From Thalassolituus sp. (GTDB taxonomy: Bacteria > Pseudomonadota > Gammaproteobacteria > Pseudomonadales > Oceanobacteraceae), in assembly GCA_029212275.1 (NCBI GenBank), contig JARGOI010000002.1, positions 1 through 33,298 of the forward strand: a stretch of 33,298 nt of DNA. Direction: 5' to 3'. The notes below the pieces were generated by a model. The model worked only from the letters and a program-made list of their open reading frames with translations. It was not told the DNA's origin and did not search any database. Shown piece after piece: positions 16,797-26,648 of the stretch. The translations under genes and the position numbers were made by a program. Numbering within the stretch: the stretch's first letter is position 1; every line of letters begins with the position of its first letter.

Positions 16797-17903
16797 ATGA
16801 AAATGGGCTACGAGATCGACTTTTTGGGTGTGGGCGAAGAATCAAAGAGTGGCGATGCTATTGCTATTCGTTTTGGTAATTTACATGGGGCTAGAGAAGA
16901 ACAGACGGTTGTTGTGATTGATGGCGGTTTCAGTAAAACCGGTTCTGAACTCGTTGAACACATAAGGTCTCACTTCGGTACTGAGAAGGTGGATCTGGTG
17001 ATTAATACGCATCCTGATCAGGACCACCTCAATGGTCTGGAAACTGTTCTGAACGAGATGGATGTGAAGGAACTCTGGATTCACCAGCCATGGAGGCACA
17101 ATGTTGGATTGGCGGCTAAGTTTAAAGATGGCCGTATCACCGATGATAGTATCAGCGAGTTATTGGCGAATACTCTTGAGCGTGCATACGCGTTGGTAGC
17201 ATTGGCTGAGTCAAAGGATGTTCTTGTTCGCGAGCCTTTTACCGGCATGACCGATCCATCTGGATTTGTCGAGGTGCTGGGGCCAACACTGGATTACTAC
17301 GAGTCTCTAATTCCTGATTTTGATGGTATGCCGCAGAAGGCAGCGCTGACGACGGCAATGGAAAGCGTGTCGAATGTATTTGATGCTATCAAATCAGCCT
17401 TTCGCCAAGTGTTTGCTTCATGGGGTGACGACAAGATCACCGATGACGGCGTGACCTCTGCTAAAAATAACTCCAGCGTGATTACTCAGTTAACTTTTGA
17501 TGATCGGCGATTTGTATTTACCGGCGACTCGGGTATTGAGGCTTTGGATCAAGCTGCAGATGTTATTGATTACTCCCACTCTCACAATGTGCTTCGGTTA
17601 ATTCAGATTCCGCATCATGGCAGTCGCCGCAATATTGGTCCAAAGGTGTTGAATCGTTTACTCGGTCCTCAAGTATCAACAGGGGAAACGATAGATGTTG
17701 TGGCTATTGTATCCACGGCAAAGAACGGCGAACCCAAGCATCCACGAAAAGCAGTACTTAATGCTTTCACTCATCGAGGTGCCAAGGTGCTTGTGACAAA
17801 AGGCAGTGGTATTCGCCATTCCAATGATGCTCCCGGACGTCTTGGTTGGAGCCCGCTATCACCTGAGCCTTATCACTACGAGTATGAAGAGGAAGTAGGT
17901 TGA
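16797..17903 (+). CDS. Metallo-beta-lactamase-fold hydrolase (ComEC/Rec2-like)
   Basis: SGDAIAI, VIDGG, THPDQDH, NNSSVI, FTGDSG, IPHHGS and KHP metal-binding motifs. Confidence 0.9.
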   Translation: MKMGYEIDFLGVGEESKSGDAIAIRFGNLHGAREEQTVVVIDGGFSKTGSELVEHIRSHFGTEKVDLVINTHPDQDHLNGLETVLNEMDVKELWIHQPWRHNVGLAAKFKDGRITDDSISELLANTLERAYALVALAESKDVLVREPFTGMTDPSGFVEVLGPTLDYYESLIPDFDGMPQKAALTTAMESVSNVFDAIKSAFRQVFASWGDDKITDDGVTSAKNNSSVITQLTFDDRRFVFTGDSGIEALDQAADVIDYSHSHNVLRLIQIPHHGSRRNIGPKVLNRLLGPQVSTGETIDVVAIVSTAKNGEPKHPRKAVLNAFTHRGAKVLVTKGSGIRHSNDAPGRLGWSPLSPEPYHYEYEEEVG

Positions 17904-18535
17904 AGATCATGCCGATTTCTCTTAAAGCGCAGAATGTAGTGCCTCTCACTGTGTTGGTTATGGTACAGGTCTATCTGGTGCTTTTCTTGGCACAAGGGGC
18001 GCTGGATATTGGTGGAATCATAACGAGTATGGAGTCGGCCAGTGTCATGCTTCTTCTTAATGTGGTGATTGTCTGGTTGTCGTACTGGGTTCCGGCGGAT
18101 ATCAAGAACGGGTTGGTCTTCTGCAGATATAAGAATGCTTTGCCCGGACACCGCTTTATCTCACTTATGAAGACTGACCCGCGGATTGATAATTGTCATG
18201 TGCTGGCAAAGTACGACTTGAGTGAGTTGGTAAACAATGAAAGTGCTCAGAACAGTTACTGGTACCGCGTGTTCTATAAACCGAACACAGACAGAATGGA
18301 GATCAAATCTGCGCATAAGTCTTTTCTGCTGTATCGGGATGCTTGTGCCGTGTCGGTGATTCTATTTGCTGCTTATTGTCTGTTCGCGTGGTTCTGGCCT
18401 GATCTCACGGGTTACGCCGATATTAAATTCGGGCTGGTTTTTACCGTTTTTGCTCTGGGTTTTGCAATTGCCGCATGTAACTCAGGTAAGCGAATGGTAA
18501 CGACTGCGATTGTCATCTCTCTCTCTGAGAGTTAG
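17900..18535 (+). CDS. Membrane protein (~4 TM)
   Basis: Two N-terminal and two C-terminal hydrophobic segments around a soluble loop (LPGHRF..DPRID..QNSYWY..AHKSFLLYRD); start overlaps the MBL stop. Confidence 0.75.
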   Translation: MKIMPISLKAQNVVPLTVLVMVQVYLVLFLAQGALDIGGIITSMESASVMLLLNVVIVWLSYWVPADIKNGLVFCRYKNALPGHRFISLMKTDPRIDNCHVLAKYDLSELVNNESAQNSYWYRVFYKPNTDRMEIKSAHKSFLLYRDACAVSVILFAAYCLFAWFWPDLTGYADIKFGLVFTVFALGFAIAACNSGKRMVTTAIVISLSES

Positions 18536-18602
18536 TTCAAGTGCTGGCGCCATTGCTACTTGAGTGGTTGAATAGGGCTGGGACATCAAAGGATCCTTCC
18601 TC

Positions 18603-18953
18603 ATGGATGTAAAAGAATTGGTTGGCATAATTACACTTTACAACCATAACTGGAAAAGAGCATGTGAGCAGTGGGGTAGCGATAGTCATATTGCGATCAT
18701 GCTGCGTCACCGGAAGTCGGATGTTCAGGTCAGGCTTCTCACTATGGAGTCAGGTGGCGCTTACCTTAAAAGAGACTTCGACAATCTTGATGGCGAGCCC
18801 CTGTTCAGTGTGCGGCTGAATTCATCAGTTACTCTCGATAATGGCATGGTTCGTAACGATGCCGATCATATACCTGTTCGTGTTGCTGAAGAGCTGTTAA
18901 GCAAGCACGAAATTTCCAAATTTCTCACTGTGGATTCCTCCTTTGATGGATAA
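18603..18953 (+). CDS. Hypothetical protein (116 aa) coupled to zorA
   Basis: AAGGA RBS, ATG start, stop overlaps the zorA start region. Confidence 0.65.
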   Translation: MDVKELVGIITLYNHNWKRACEQWGSDSHIAIMLRHRKSDVQVRLLTMESGGAYLKRDFDNLDGEPLFSVRLNSSVTLDNGMVRNDADHIPVRVAEELLSKHEISKFLTVDSSFDG

Positions 18954-20877
18954 CCTAAATATTAATAATGCGTTTTATTTTGTTATTTGCTCAATCGGTT
19001 TGTTTTTTTGGTTTCTTGAAGTCAGGTTGAACGGGCGTCATAAATCTGGGCTTGGTCGTTATCGTCAGATTATTGATATGGTTAATAACAAAGATATCGC
19101 CATGTCGTCAGTTAAGACTGATGTTGCCATCTTGTTAAGTCGCCATTTTGTTATTGATGTTGATGATGTCATTCGGAGAAACAAGTTTGGTCTGTTCAAG
19201 TTATTAACCCCTGTGCATTCTGTGTTGCCTTTGCCTCCCGCATCTCCTTATCGTTTAGCACCTGCGTTGCTTACATCTATCGGGGTATTAGGGACTTTTT
19301 TGGGGATCTCTATGAGTTTGTATGGACTCAACCTTGAGGGGGCAAGTTCTGCAATCTTGATGACATCTGCATTAAAGCTGTTGGGAGGAATGAAGACGGC
19401 TTTCTACACTTCTTTGGCGGGTATGTTGGCGTCTGTCGTTTTTATGATCATTCTGTTTTGGTGTGGGAAAGCGCGAGAGCGAAGACAGCGACAACTGCAG
19501 GGGATTCTTAGTAAGGAATGCATGGAGGTCAGCCCGGTCTCTGTCTTAATGGGTATGTCGCCTGATTCAAATGCGAAGTTGCAGCAGCGCCAGTTTGAGA
19601 TGGCTGATGCTGTCATTAAGTCGAGTGCGTCTACGAGTGCAGTGGCTCAGGATATGAAGCAACTTCTGCAGGAACTTGACGCTAATAAATTGGCGAGGGC
19701 ATTGTCGGATGCTGTCCGTGACAGTGTGAAAAGTGAGATTACACCTGCCCTGCAAGTCATACCCGATTCACTCCAAGAACTGAAAGAGATCAAACAGGAT
19801 AATGGTGAAAAGCTGGTTTCAGTGATTACCACAGCAATGCGTAATGAAGTAATAGCCCCTGTTATGGAAGATCTTCGTAGTGTTTCTCAGGATATGAAGG
19901 ATTCTGGGTCTAGTACTCGCGAGCTGATTACAGAACTGCAAAAGCTAACCAAGGAGTTGGGTAATACAACGACGACGCTGAATACTTTCCAGCAGGATAC
20001 ATTAACGAAACTGACGGCTTTTGCTGAGTCACTGAAAGAAATTTTGGATCAATTTAAAGCGGATACCAATGGCGTTCTGAAGGATATAAGTGCAGAGATA
20101 AACCATTCTTTAGCTGCAGCTATTCAGGGAATGAAAGATCAACGAGGGGCTTTTGAAGATAGTGCTGAAGCAGCAAGGGAAGCGTTTGAAGGTCAAAATG
20201 AAGCACTCGGAAGAATCGGTAATGAAGCAGCGAAGTTGATGCAGGATGCAAATAACACGCTGCAAACGGGGTTGGGTGATATTGATGGGAAAATTCGAGA
20301 GGTATCGACGGTAGTTCAGCAGGAGCTGGAGTCATTTCGGACTGAATATCAACAAAATCTGACTGGTTTTTTTGAGCAACAAGAGACGTTGTTGGATGAA
20401 ACCTTAGGCCGTCAACGTGAAGGTCTTGCTGGTGTGGTTGCTGACTACCGTAAGGCATTTGAAGAAGAAAACGTTCTCAGAGCAAAGCAGTATGAGGCGA
20501 TTAGGGTCCAATACGATCAATTGCAGCAAGGTGTTGGATTGGTACAGCAGCTGGTGGAAGCAGTTGGTCTGAATAAGGCGACGGCTTTCGATCAGCTTCA
20601 GGATGTTGCCAAATCGGTCGGTTCTCAGGTTGCTTTAATTCGTAAGGAGTATGGGCAAGCGGCTCAGAAGTTCAGTGATATGACAGAACAGTTACCGAAG
20701 GCAATGAACGATTATTATCAGCGAGCGGAAACCTCTCACGGTGAGTTCTTCGAAAGCTTCGATGCTGCTGCTGCAAAAGTACACTCTAGGCTTGCTGAAG
20801 CAGCAGGTTTGCTGGTGACTGCAATGCAAACCATTGAACTACAGAAGCAGACATTGCTTGAGTCAGAAACACGATGA
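18943..20877 (+). CDS. zorA: Zorya ZorA (MotA/ExbB-like TM domain + long helical tail)
   Basis: TM1, then APALLTSIGVLGTFLGI...GMKTAFYTSLAGM channel helices, then a ~450-aa helical, MCP-like tail; upstream of a MotB-like gene. Confidence 0.85.
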   Translation: MMDNLNINNAFYFVICSIGLFFWFLEVRLNGRHKSGLGRYRQIIDMVNNKDIAMSSVKTDVAILLSRHFVIDVDDVIRRNKFGLFKLLTPVHSVLPLPPASPYRLAPALLTSIGVLGTFLGISMSLYGLNLEGASSAILMTSALKLLGGMKTAFYTSLAGMLASVVFMIILFWCGKARERRQRQLQGILSKECMEVSPVSVLMGMSPDSNAKLQQRQFEMADAVIKSSASTSAVAQDMKQLLQELDANKLARALSDAVRDSVKSEITPALQVIPDSLQELKEIKQDNGEKLVSVITTAMRNEVIAPVMEDLRSVSQDMKDSGSSTRELITELQKLTKELGNTTTTLNTFQQDTLTKLTAFAESLKEILDQFKADTNGVLKDISAEINHSLAAAIQGMKDQRGAFEDSAEAAREAFEGQNEALGRIGNEAAKLMQDANNTLQTGLGDIDGKIREVSTVVQQELESFRTEYQQNLTGFFEQQETLLDETLGRQREGLAGVVADYRKAFEEENVLRAKQYEAIRVQYDQLQQGVGLVQQLVEAVGLNKATAFDQLQDVAKSVGSQVALIRKEYGQAAQKFSDMTEQLPKAMNDYYQRAETSHGEFFESFDAAAAKVHSRLAEAAGLLVTAMQTIELQKQTLLESETR

Positions 20878-21536
20878 GTTTTCTGAATCATTATGAGCCA
20901 GATACCGATATTGATGAAACTGGGGCTTGGTTATCGATTGGGGATTTGATGTCTGGGCTAGTCATGCTGTTTGCTTTGTTATTAGTGGTTTCTCTACTGC
21001 AACACGAGGAAGATGCAGATCGCGCGAAATACCGTCGGGTGGTGATCATTCAGGCATTACAGGAGACGTTGAAGTCGGAGGGTATCAGCGCCAATATTGA
21101 TCCGGTTAGTGGTGATGTCAGCATCATGGATTCGGTTCTGTTTGATTCGGGCAGCGCTGAGTTAAAGCCCGCAGGGATTCGATTTTTGGAAACGTTTGTA
21201 CCGACATACAGCCGCGCAATTTTTTCTGATAAGGATATTGCTGAACAGATTCAGTTCGTTGTGATTGAAGGCCATACCAGTGCAGCGGGTGGCTGGGATT
21301 ACAACATGGATTTGAGCCTTCAAAGAGCCAATAGTGTTTCGCACGAAATCAGCAAAATGAAATTCAGTGGTAAGGATGCCTTTCGTGCCAGGATGCTTGT
21401 TTCCGGACGCGGTGAAGCGGCTGCCAATCAGGCTCAAAATCAAGCAAGTGATCGTAAAGTGGTGTTCCGATTCCAGTTTACCGGAGACCAGTTCCAAAAT
21501 TGGTCTATCAACGAGAGTGGGTTGGGTCGTGGCTGA
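20874..21536 (+). CDS. zorB: Zorya ZorB (MotB/OmpA-like)
   Basis: WLSIGDLMSGL TM segment with the conserved Asp; OmpA-like IEGHTS...YNMDLSLQRANSV...RKVVFRF; ATGA overlap with zorA. Confidence 0.9.
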   Translation: MSFLNHYEPDTDIDETGAWLSIGDLMSGLVMLFALLLVVSLLQHEEDADRAKYRRVVIIQALQETLKSEGISANIDPVSGDVSIMDSVLFDSGSAELKPAGIRFLETFVPTYSRAIFSDKDIAEQIQFVVIEGHTSAAGGWDYNMDLSLQRANSVSHEISKMKFSGKDAFRARMLVSGRGEAAANQAQNQASDRKVVFRFQFTGDQFQNWSINESGLGRG

Positions 21537-23247
21537 TCTCGGAGTTCGCTTTCGCGTAGGGCAGCCTTCTCCTGTTGAAATGGAGGCTCTGGCTGATGGA
21601 TTGAGATTGCTTGAATGGCAATCAAGCGAGCCTGTCGGTGCATTGCCACCCCGACAGGGAGCAGATGTTATACGTGCTGTATTGGATGGCGAAGAAGACG
21701 AAATATCTATTCTTGAGTGGTCAAATCTGTTTACGGAGCCAGAGTGGCCCATTTCAGACGGGCGATCTCATGCTGATGTTTGCTTTCTGATATTCCTGGC
21801 CTTGGTAAAAAGAAAGCCGGTTACTAACTTGCTATTGTTTCGAGCTGCGTTGTTCCTGAATGGTGGTGCTTACTTTTCGGATGTAATGCTTTCGAATATT
21901 CATCAACTGTCGGGTACCTTAGCTGGTTCGCACGCGCTGTCTCTTAAACTGGTCATTAATGCCAGAGAGTCTGACTTCGGTAGCAGCGCGTATGAGGCAA
22001 TCGGCCAATCGGTAACGCCTGCCCGGTTGTTTGCCAACGCTGGGCTGGGTGCATGTCGGGAGTTGATTAGAAATACGGTCGGAGCGGTGATCCGGCTGGC
22101 TTACAGTCCTGTTTTTCTTGAATACAGTCCATGGTTTTCTGAGCTTCTGAAAGAGCTTATTAAGTCAGATCAGGTCATGCTGATTGAAGCCATTGCGAGT
22201 CATGGTGCTGGGGAATTAGGACGTGAAGAAAAATTGGCTAATGACTTAAAAGCTTATTGTGATCCATCTGTTGAGGCAAGTCTTTGGTCTGAACTTAGTG
22301 AAGGTGCGCAAAAGGTATTGAGCACGGCCTTGAAAATTTCCGAGTATTTTAAGATCCGAGAGTTATCCAAGCGATTAGAAGAGCCTGAAGCTTTGGGACT
22401 TCCGGAAATGTCTGAAACGAGTCAAAAAAATATACGTAGTCGCACATTTTTCTGGAGCAACTATCAGACGAGTTTGTTATCTGTGCGAGTTCTTCTGCCG
22501 GAAGCTACTGCTGAATATCTTAAGAATAGAGGTACTTTGAGTTTTTGGTATGAATTGATGAGTCATGGAGACATTGCTGAAGTAATGATCCTTGAATTTG
22601 AGGAGGTTTTGATTGTTGATATTTTACGTGGGCCCTCGACTGAAATTAGATTATTCAGAAAAAGTCGTCGTAATATCCAGTTGCTTCAGCAGGGAAAGAT
22701 AGCGGCACCCGAAGAGATACGTCGGATGTATCAGGATGACGAACATGATCACCTTATTGCATGGCAGTGGTCTGTTGAAAGCCTGCTAAGAACGGAGTAT
22801 TCCATTCAAGTTGATGAAGGTACTACCTGGTTCAAAAGTCTCTCTAAACGGGCTGGAGCGTATCAGCGTAATACTGGACTGCCTAAGCCGGGTTTGGACG
22901 TACTGACTCAGCGCAATCAGGCTCTGGATATCTGGTGGAAGACATTTTTAGCTCAGGAAGCACAGCTAGGTAAGTACGGCAGTGATGATAGTGCAGGTTC
23001 CCAGCGAGTTTTGACTGAGGCGAGGCACTATAAGAGAACTGGACAGAAACGATTGTGGCGAGACGCCTTAGAGGATGAAGCAAGAAAAGGGGATACCTTA
23101 TCTTTGATACTGCTTGTGAAGGACTTGCTTCTGTCTGGCAGGGGTTCTTATGAAGAACGGATACGTGGTGAGCACTGGTTCGACAAGCTTAAGGAAAAAG
23201 CAAAAGACGGTGACATGTCAGCGCAGAAATTTTTGGAAAAGAAGTAA
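21529..23247 (+). CDS. zorC: Zorya ZorC-like EH-signature domain protein
   Basis: Probable GTG start at 21529 overlapping the zorB stop (~572 aa). 'RTFFWSNY', 'MILEFEEVLIVD' and 'EHDH..WQ' resemble the EH-signature domain, and it follows zorAB. Confidence 0.75.
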   Translation: MADLGVRFRVGQPSPVEMEALADGLRLLEWQSSEPVGALPPRQGADVIRAVLDGEEDEISILEWSNLFTEPEWPISDGRSHADVCFLIFLALVKRKPVTNLLLFRAALFLNGGAYFSDVMLSNIHQLSGTLAGSHALSLKLVINARESDFGSSAYEAIGQSVTPARLFANAGLGACRELIRNTVGAVIRLAYSPVFLEYSPWFSELLKELIKSDQVMLIEAIASHGAGELGREEKLANDLKAYCDPSVEASLWSELSEGAQKVLSTALKISEYFKIRELSKRLEEPEALGLPEMSETSQKNIRSRTFFWSNYQTSLLSVRVLLPEATAEYLKNRGTLSFWYELMSHGDIAEVMILEFEEVLIVDILRGPSTEIRLFRKSRRNIQLLQQGKIAAPEEIRRMYQDDEHDHLIAWQWSVESLLRTEYSIQVDEGTTWFKSLSKRAGAYQRNTGLPKPGLDVLTQRNQALDIWWKTFLAQEAQLGKYGSDDSAGSQRVLTEARHYKRTGQKRLWRDALEDEARKGDTLSLILLVKDLLLSGRGSYEERIRGEHWFDKLKEKAKDGDMSAQKFLEKK

Positions 23248-23303
23248 CAAAGAATCATGTTGTGCCGAGGCTTTAGGTGGTGCGACAAAAACAGGAAATG
23301 TTT

Positions 23304-26300
23304 ATGGTCTATTCAACCGCTCAAACTACTTTTGCTATTCATGGTTGGCTCAGTCGATTGCTGAATCGCAGGGATTTAAACAGTCCTGATCAGCGTCCGT
23401 TGTTCGAATATCAACTTACTGCCGACGAATATTCAGAGTTGCTGCTCCAGCTTCGCCAACTTGCTGACTCCGGTGATGCTACAGGTGATATCGCGCATTG
23501 TGCAGCCTTCTGTTTGTTTTGTGCGGAATGGTATCGGCGAGAGTATCGGGTTGCTGATGGATGGAGTTGGGATGCTCTATGGAAGCGGCTTGGACATAAG
23601 TATTCTGCACAGGAGCTAGCTCTTATCGTTCCCAAAGGATTGGAGCAGTACTGGCAGCGTCCGATTCGTTTTTATGAATCTGAACGTCGTAACTTTTTAG
23701 GATCACTTTTCAGTGAAGGTGGGTTGCCTTTTCAGGTTTTGACGGAGCCGGGCAGTCGCTTTCAGAGTTTGTTTACCAGAGTCCTCAAGCAATATGGAGC
23801 TTCCCAATTGCTAGGAGGCTCGTTAGATCCGGTTGTTAAAAACCATATTGAACAGCTGAAATTGCCTCAAGTGTTTCGGGAGCAAACGTCAGTTGAGTTG
23901 ATAGTACAGATGACACATCAGTTGGCTCAATTGGTTGGTTTTTATCAGCTTGAGAAAACCCCTCAACCAGTTGATATTCTGGATAGCTCATATCCTCGTT
24001 GGCGAGAGTCGTTTCCTATTCCACTGGACGATGAAACTGGCCGAGGTTTTCTGAATGGCTTGCTAACTACGGCATCAAAAGAAGCTCGTAATATTTCTCT
24101 CAAGGGCATGCAGCTTTCCTGTGAGCACTATTGGCAGTCATCTTCAGGGTATCTAGAAACAGAGATTAATTTGCCTTCTGAATTGACCATCGCTGTAGAT
24201 AAAGTACCGGTTTCAAATCGTTTCGATCTTTCGATTAATGAAGGGAGAAGCATGCTTGCGTCGATGGGCCCAGGATATGGCACAGTTAGCCCATCGCTCA
24301 TCAAGGTAAGGATTCGGCAACAAAAGCTGATTTGCCGACGCAGAGATCCGTCGAAATCTCTTTTCGTTGTTGCATCAATTGGCGGTCAGGCCATTTGCAG
24401 CGCTGAGATTCCAGCCAGTGTGCTTGACTTGGGTATTGTTCCGGTTGGTTTTGACACTTCGGGTGACAGTATGCGTTGGCGCTGCGTCGGCCAAAGCAGC
24501 TTTACGACCCGTGCCCACGAGCTAACCTTGCTGGCTCCTGAGTCGTGTCTTGTGTCTTCTGATGACTGCTCTGTGGTTAGAGAGTCGAACTCTTTTTTAG
24601 AAATGGTTATGTGGAGAGTTAGTGGTGTTGGGCGGGTCAAGTGTGAAAATGAGGATGTATTTTCCATTCGTTTGGGAGGTGCGCTGGCATTTCACTCGGC
24701 CATTGAGTTAAAGGGAAAACTTTTAAACTACTTAACACGGCCATCAAGCACTTACATAGGGGTGCCTCAAATATCACTCGGGCTTGATGCGGATCCTGAC
24801 GCTGAACGTCTTCGGGTCTTTATGAATGGTTTACCAGAAGATACCTGTCATTTAAATGAGCGCTTAGGCAGTCAGTGGTTAACGGCTAAATCAACGACAG
24901 GTGAGACTTGGTTACGTCGTAAAGTTGGTATTCTACCAGCGGACTTCTCTATAGAGCTGAAACCCGGAGAGTCTCCGAATCATGGATATGTTCGATTCTG
25001 TACTGGGGTAAGTTGCTTCGTTGAGTTTATTTCAGAGCATGTCATTGCCAGGCGTTTGAAGGATTCAGATGTGATTACTTACGAACTGACATCATTGCTG
25101 GATACTCCTCCGTCGCAAGTGACAGTCAGAATCCATCCAAATTTAGAATCTGGTCCAATAGAAGTTGAACTCCCGTTTCCTTCTGTTGGTGTTGTAGCGC
25201 TGGATAGTAATGAGCAACCTCTAAACAATACACTGTCCATTGATGAATTGTTGGGAACGCGACTGTATTTATTTGCCCGTCCGGATCGTTCAGTGCCATA
25301 CCGAATTGAGCTGCGGCTGCCTAGCGGTAATGACTCCCGAGCGTGTTACAAATGGCATTACCGGGCAGATCCCGAGAGACCCGTTGAAGTGAGTCTTTAT
25401 GACATGCGTCTGGATATTGAATCACTTCTATCGCTTGGGGAAGGTATTGATCAAAAGGTGCTGTTGTCTATTTCTGGTGATGGCAGGGATGTGGAGTATA
25501 AAATTCAACGATATGCTGTCATCTTGCAGTGGGACAGGAATCGAAATGTATTGCACAGAACAGCCCTTGTGAGTGGTGAAGAAAAGGTCATTCGGCCAGT
25601 GCTAATGCTAATGAATGAACCTGAACGGAGAGCCGTTGATATTTCGTCACGTAGGTCTGAAGGGGTTGTTACTGGTGAGTTCGATATACCGGAAGCGGTA
25701 GAAAAAAATGGTCCTTGGCTAATACTGCCGCACCGCGATTCTCCTATCAGTTTTCGGCCACTCTTCTTAGCTGGTGATCATTTGAAGCCTGAGCCCGGCG
25801 GGGATATTCGTAGCTTGCAACGTGCAGTGCTCGCCTTTGGTCATAAATCTTTAGTGAATGCTTTTACGCCGGTATTACAGCAAATGGCACTGAATCCCGG
25901 ACACAGCGGCTGGCAGTTTCTCAAATCGCTTTATGACCAGTATGGTTACCTATCGCTGGCAACGTTCGAGGTTTGGAAAGCATTGGTCAATCACCCTGAT
26001 GTATTGGCAATGTCGCTTTACAAATTTGGATTTGAGCCGGAATACAGCCGCCGCTTGGAAAGAGATTTTCCGTTTGTATGGGAGGCTTTTTCACCATTAA
26101 TACTGAAAACCGTTTCAGCGCGTTATTGGGACTGGATGCTTGATCAAGGGATGCCAACTGACATTATAAATACCCATTTGAAACCTGATTTTAATCGAAA
26201 ACTACAGTCTTGTATGACCATGATGGGTGATGATGCACGGAAGTGGATTGAGGATGGCTCTTTTCCTCAGGAAATTCAGCTGCCTGAAGTATTAATGCAC

Positions 26301-26648
26301 CATATGATCTTTACAGGCTGGTATCAGGGCTTGCTTCGTAATCACAGTGGTGATGATTCGTGGCCTCATGATTTCGGCAAACGACTGAAGAGATGGACGA
26401 AAACTCAAACAATCGAACTGCTGGGCTTTGAGCCTGAACAGGGTTTTCGCAATGCTGTGGTCTATTTGCCAGTTTATCTGGCTGCGGTTGCGGCTGGTAA
26501 AGAGCGCCTCGAAACTTTGTTTCCAGAATCCGCTGAAGCGGCTTTTCATATTCGCCAAATCCGCGATTTTGATATTGATTGGTTCAAGTCTGTATATCAA
26601 TACGCCTTACTTAAGTTTTTATCTACCTCGCACAAGGAACCGCAATGA
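23304..26648 (+). CDS. druH: Druantia type III DruH (STY4851/ECs_5259-like family)
   Basis: ~1115 aa. N-terminal 'PDQRPLFEYQLT..EY...AAFCLFCAEWYRREY...WSW...GLEQYW.RP...FLGSLFSEGGLP' matches my recollection of this family. ATGA-coupled to a ~2100-aa DUF1998 helicase. Start is 23304 or 23298. Confidence 0.8.
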   Translation: MVYSTAQTTFAIHGWLSRLLNRRDLNSPDQRPLFEYQLTADEYSELLLQLRQLADSGDATGDIAHCAAFCLFCAEWYRREYRVADGWSWDALWKRLGHKYSAQELALIVPKGLEQYWQRPIRFYESERRNFLGSLFSEGGLPFQVLTEPGSRFQSLFTRVLKQYGASQLLGGSLDPVVKNHIEQLKLPQVFREQTSVELIVQMTHQLAQLVGFYQLEKTPQPVDILDSSYPRWRESFPIPLDDETGRGFLNGLLTTASKEARNISLKGMQLSCEHYWQSSSGYLETEINLPSELTIAVDKVPVSNRFDLSINEGRSMLASMGPGYGTVSPSLIKVRIRQQKLICRRRDPSKSLFVVASIGGQAICSAEIPASVLDLGIVPVGFDTSGDSMRWRCVGQSSFTTRAHELTLLAPESCLVSSDDCSVVRESNSFLEMVMWRVSGVGRVKCENEDVFSIRLGGALAFHSAIELKGKLLNYLTRPSSTYIGVPQISLGLDADPDAERLRVFMNGLPEDTCHLNERLGSQWLTAKSTTGETWLRRKVGILPADFSIELKPGESPNHGYVRFCTGVSCFVEFISEHVIARRLKDSDVITYELTSLLDTPPSQVTVRIHPNLESGPIEVELPFPSVGVVALDSNEQPLNNTLSIDELLGTRLYLFARPDRSVPYRIELRLPSGNDSRACYKWHYRADPERPVEVSLYDMRLDIESLLSLGEGIDQKVLLSISGDGRDVEYKIQRYAVILQWDRNRNVLHRTALVSGEEKVIRPVLMLMNEPERRAVDISSRRSEGVVTGEFDIPEAVEKNGPWLILPHRDSPISFRPLFLAGDHLKPEPGGDIRSLQRAVLAFGHKSLVNAFTPVLQQMALNPGHSGWQFLKSLYDQYGYLSLATFEVWKALVNHPDVLAMSLYKFGFEPEYSRRLERDFPFVWEAFSPLILKTVSARYWDWMLDQGMPTDIINTHLKPDFNRKLQSCMTMMGDDARKWIEDGSFPQEIQLPEVLMHHMIFTGWYQGLLRNHSGDDSWPHDFGKRLKRWTKTQTIELLGFEPEQGFRNAVVYLPVYLAAVAAGKERLETLFPESAEAAFHIRQIRDFDIDWFKSVYQYALLKFLSTSHKEPQ

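Noticed and set aside
18537-18563. Hairpin TCAAGT...TGGCGCCA...ACTTGA as a terminator or sigma54 site
   Set aside because: No U-tract and wrong GG-GC spacing; at most an mRNA-stabilising hairpin
18943-21536. Flagellar motAB or a chemoreceptor
   Set aside because: The long cytoplasmic tail on the MotA-like protein, the EH-signature neighbour and the defence context indicate Zorya; there are no flagellar or che genes
21162-21752. 196-aa minus-strand ORF and the many other 60-136 aa ORFs nested in or antisense to long genes
   Set aside because: They overlap well-supported genes and show no recognisable motifs, consistent with shadow ORFs
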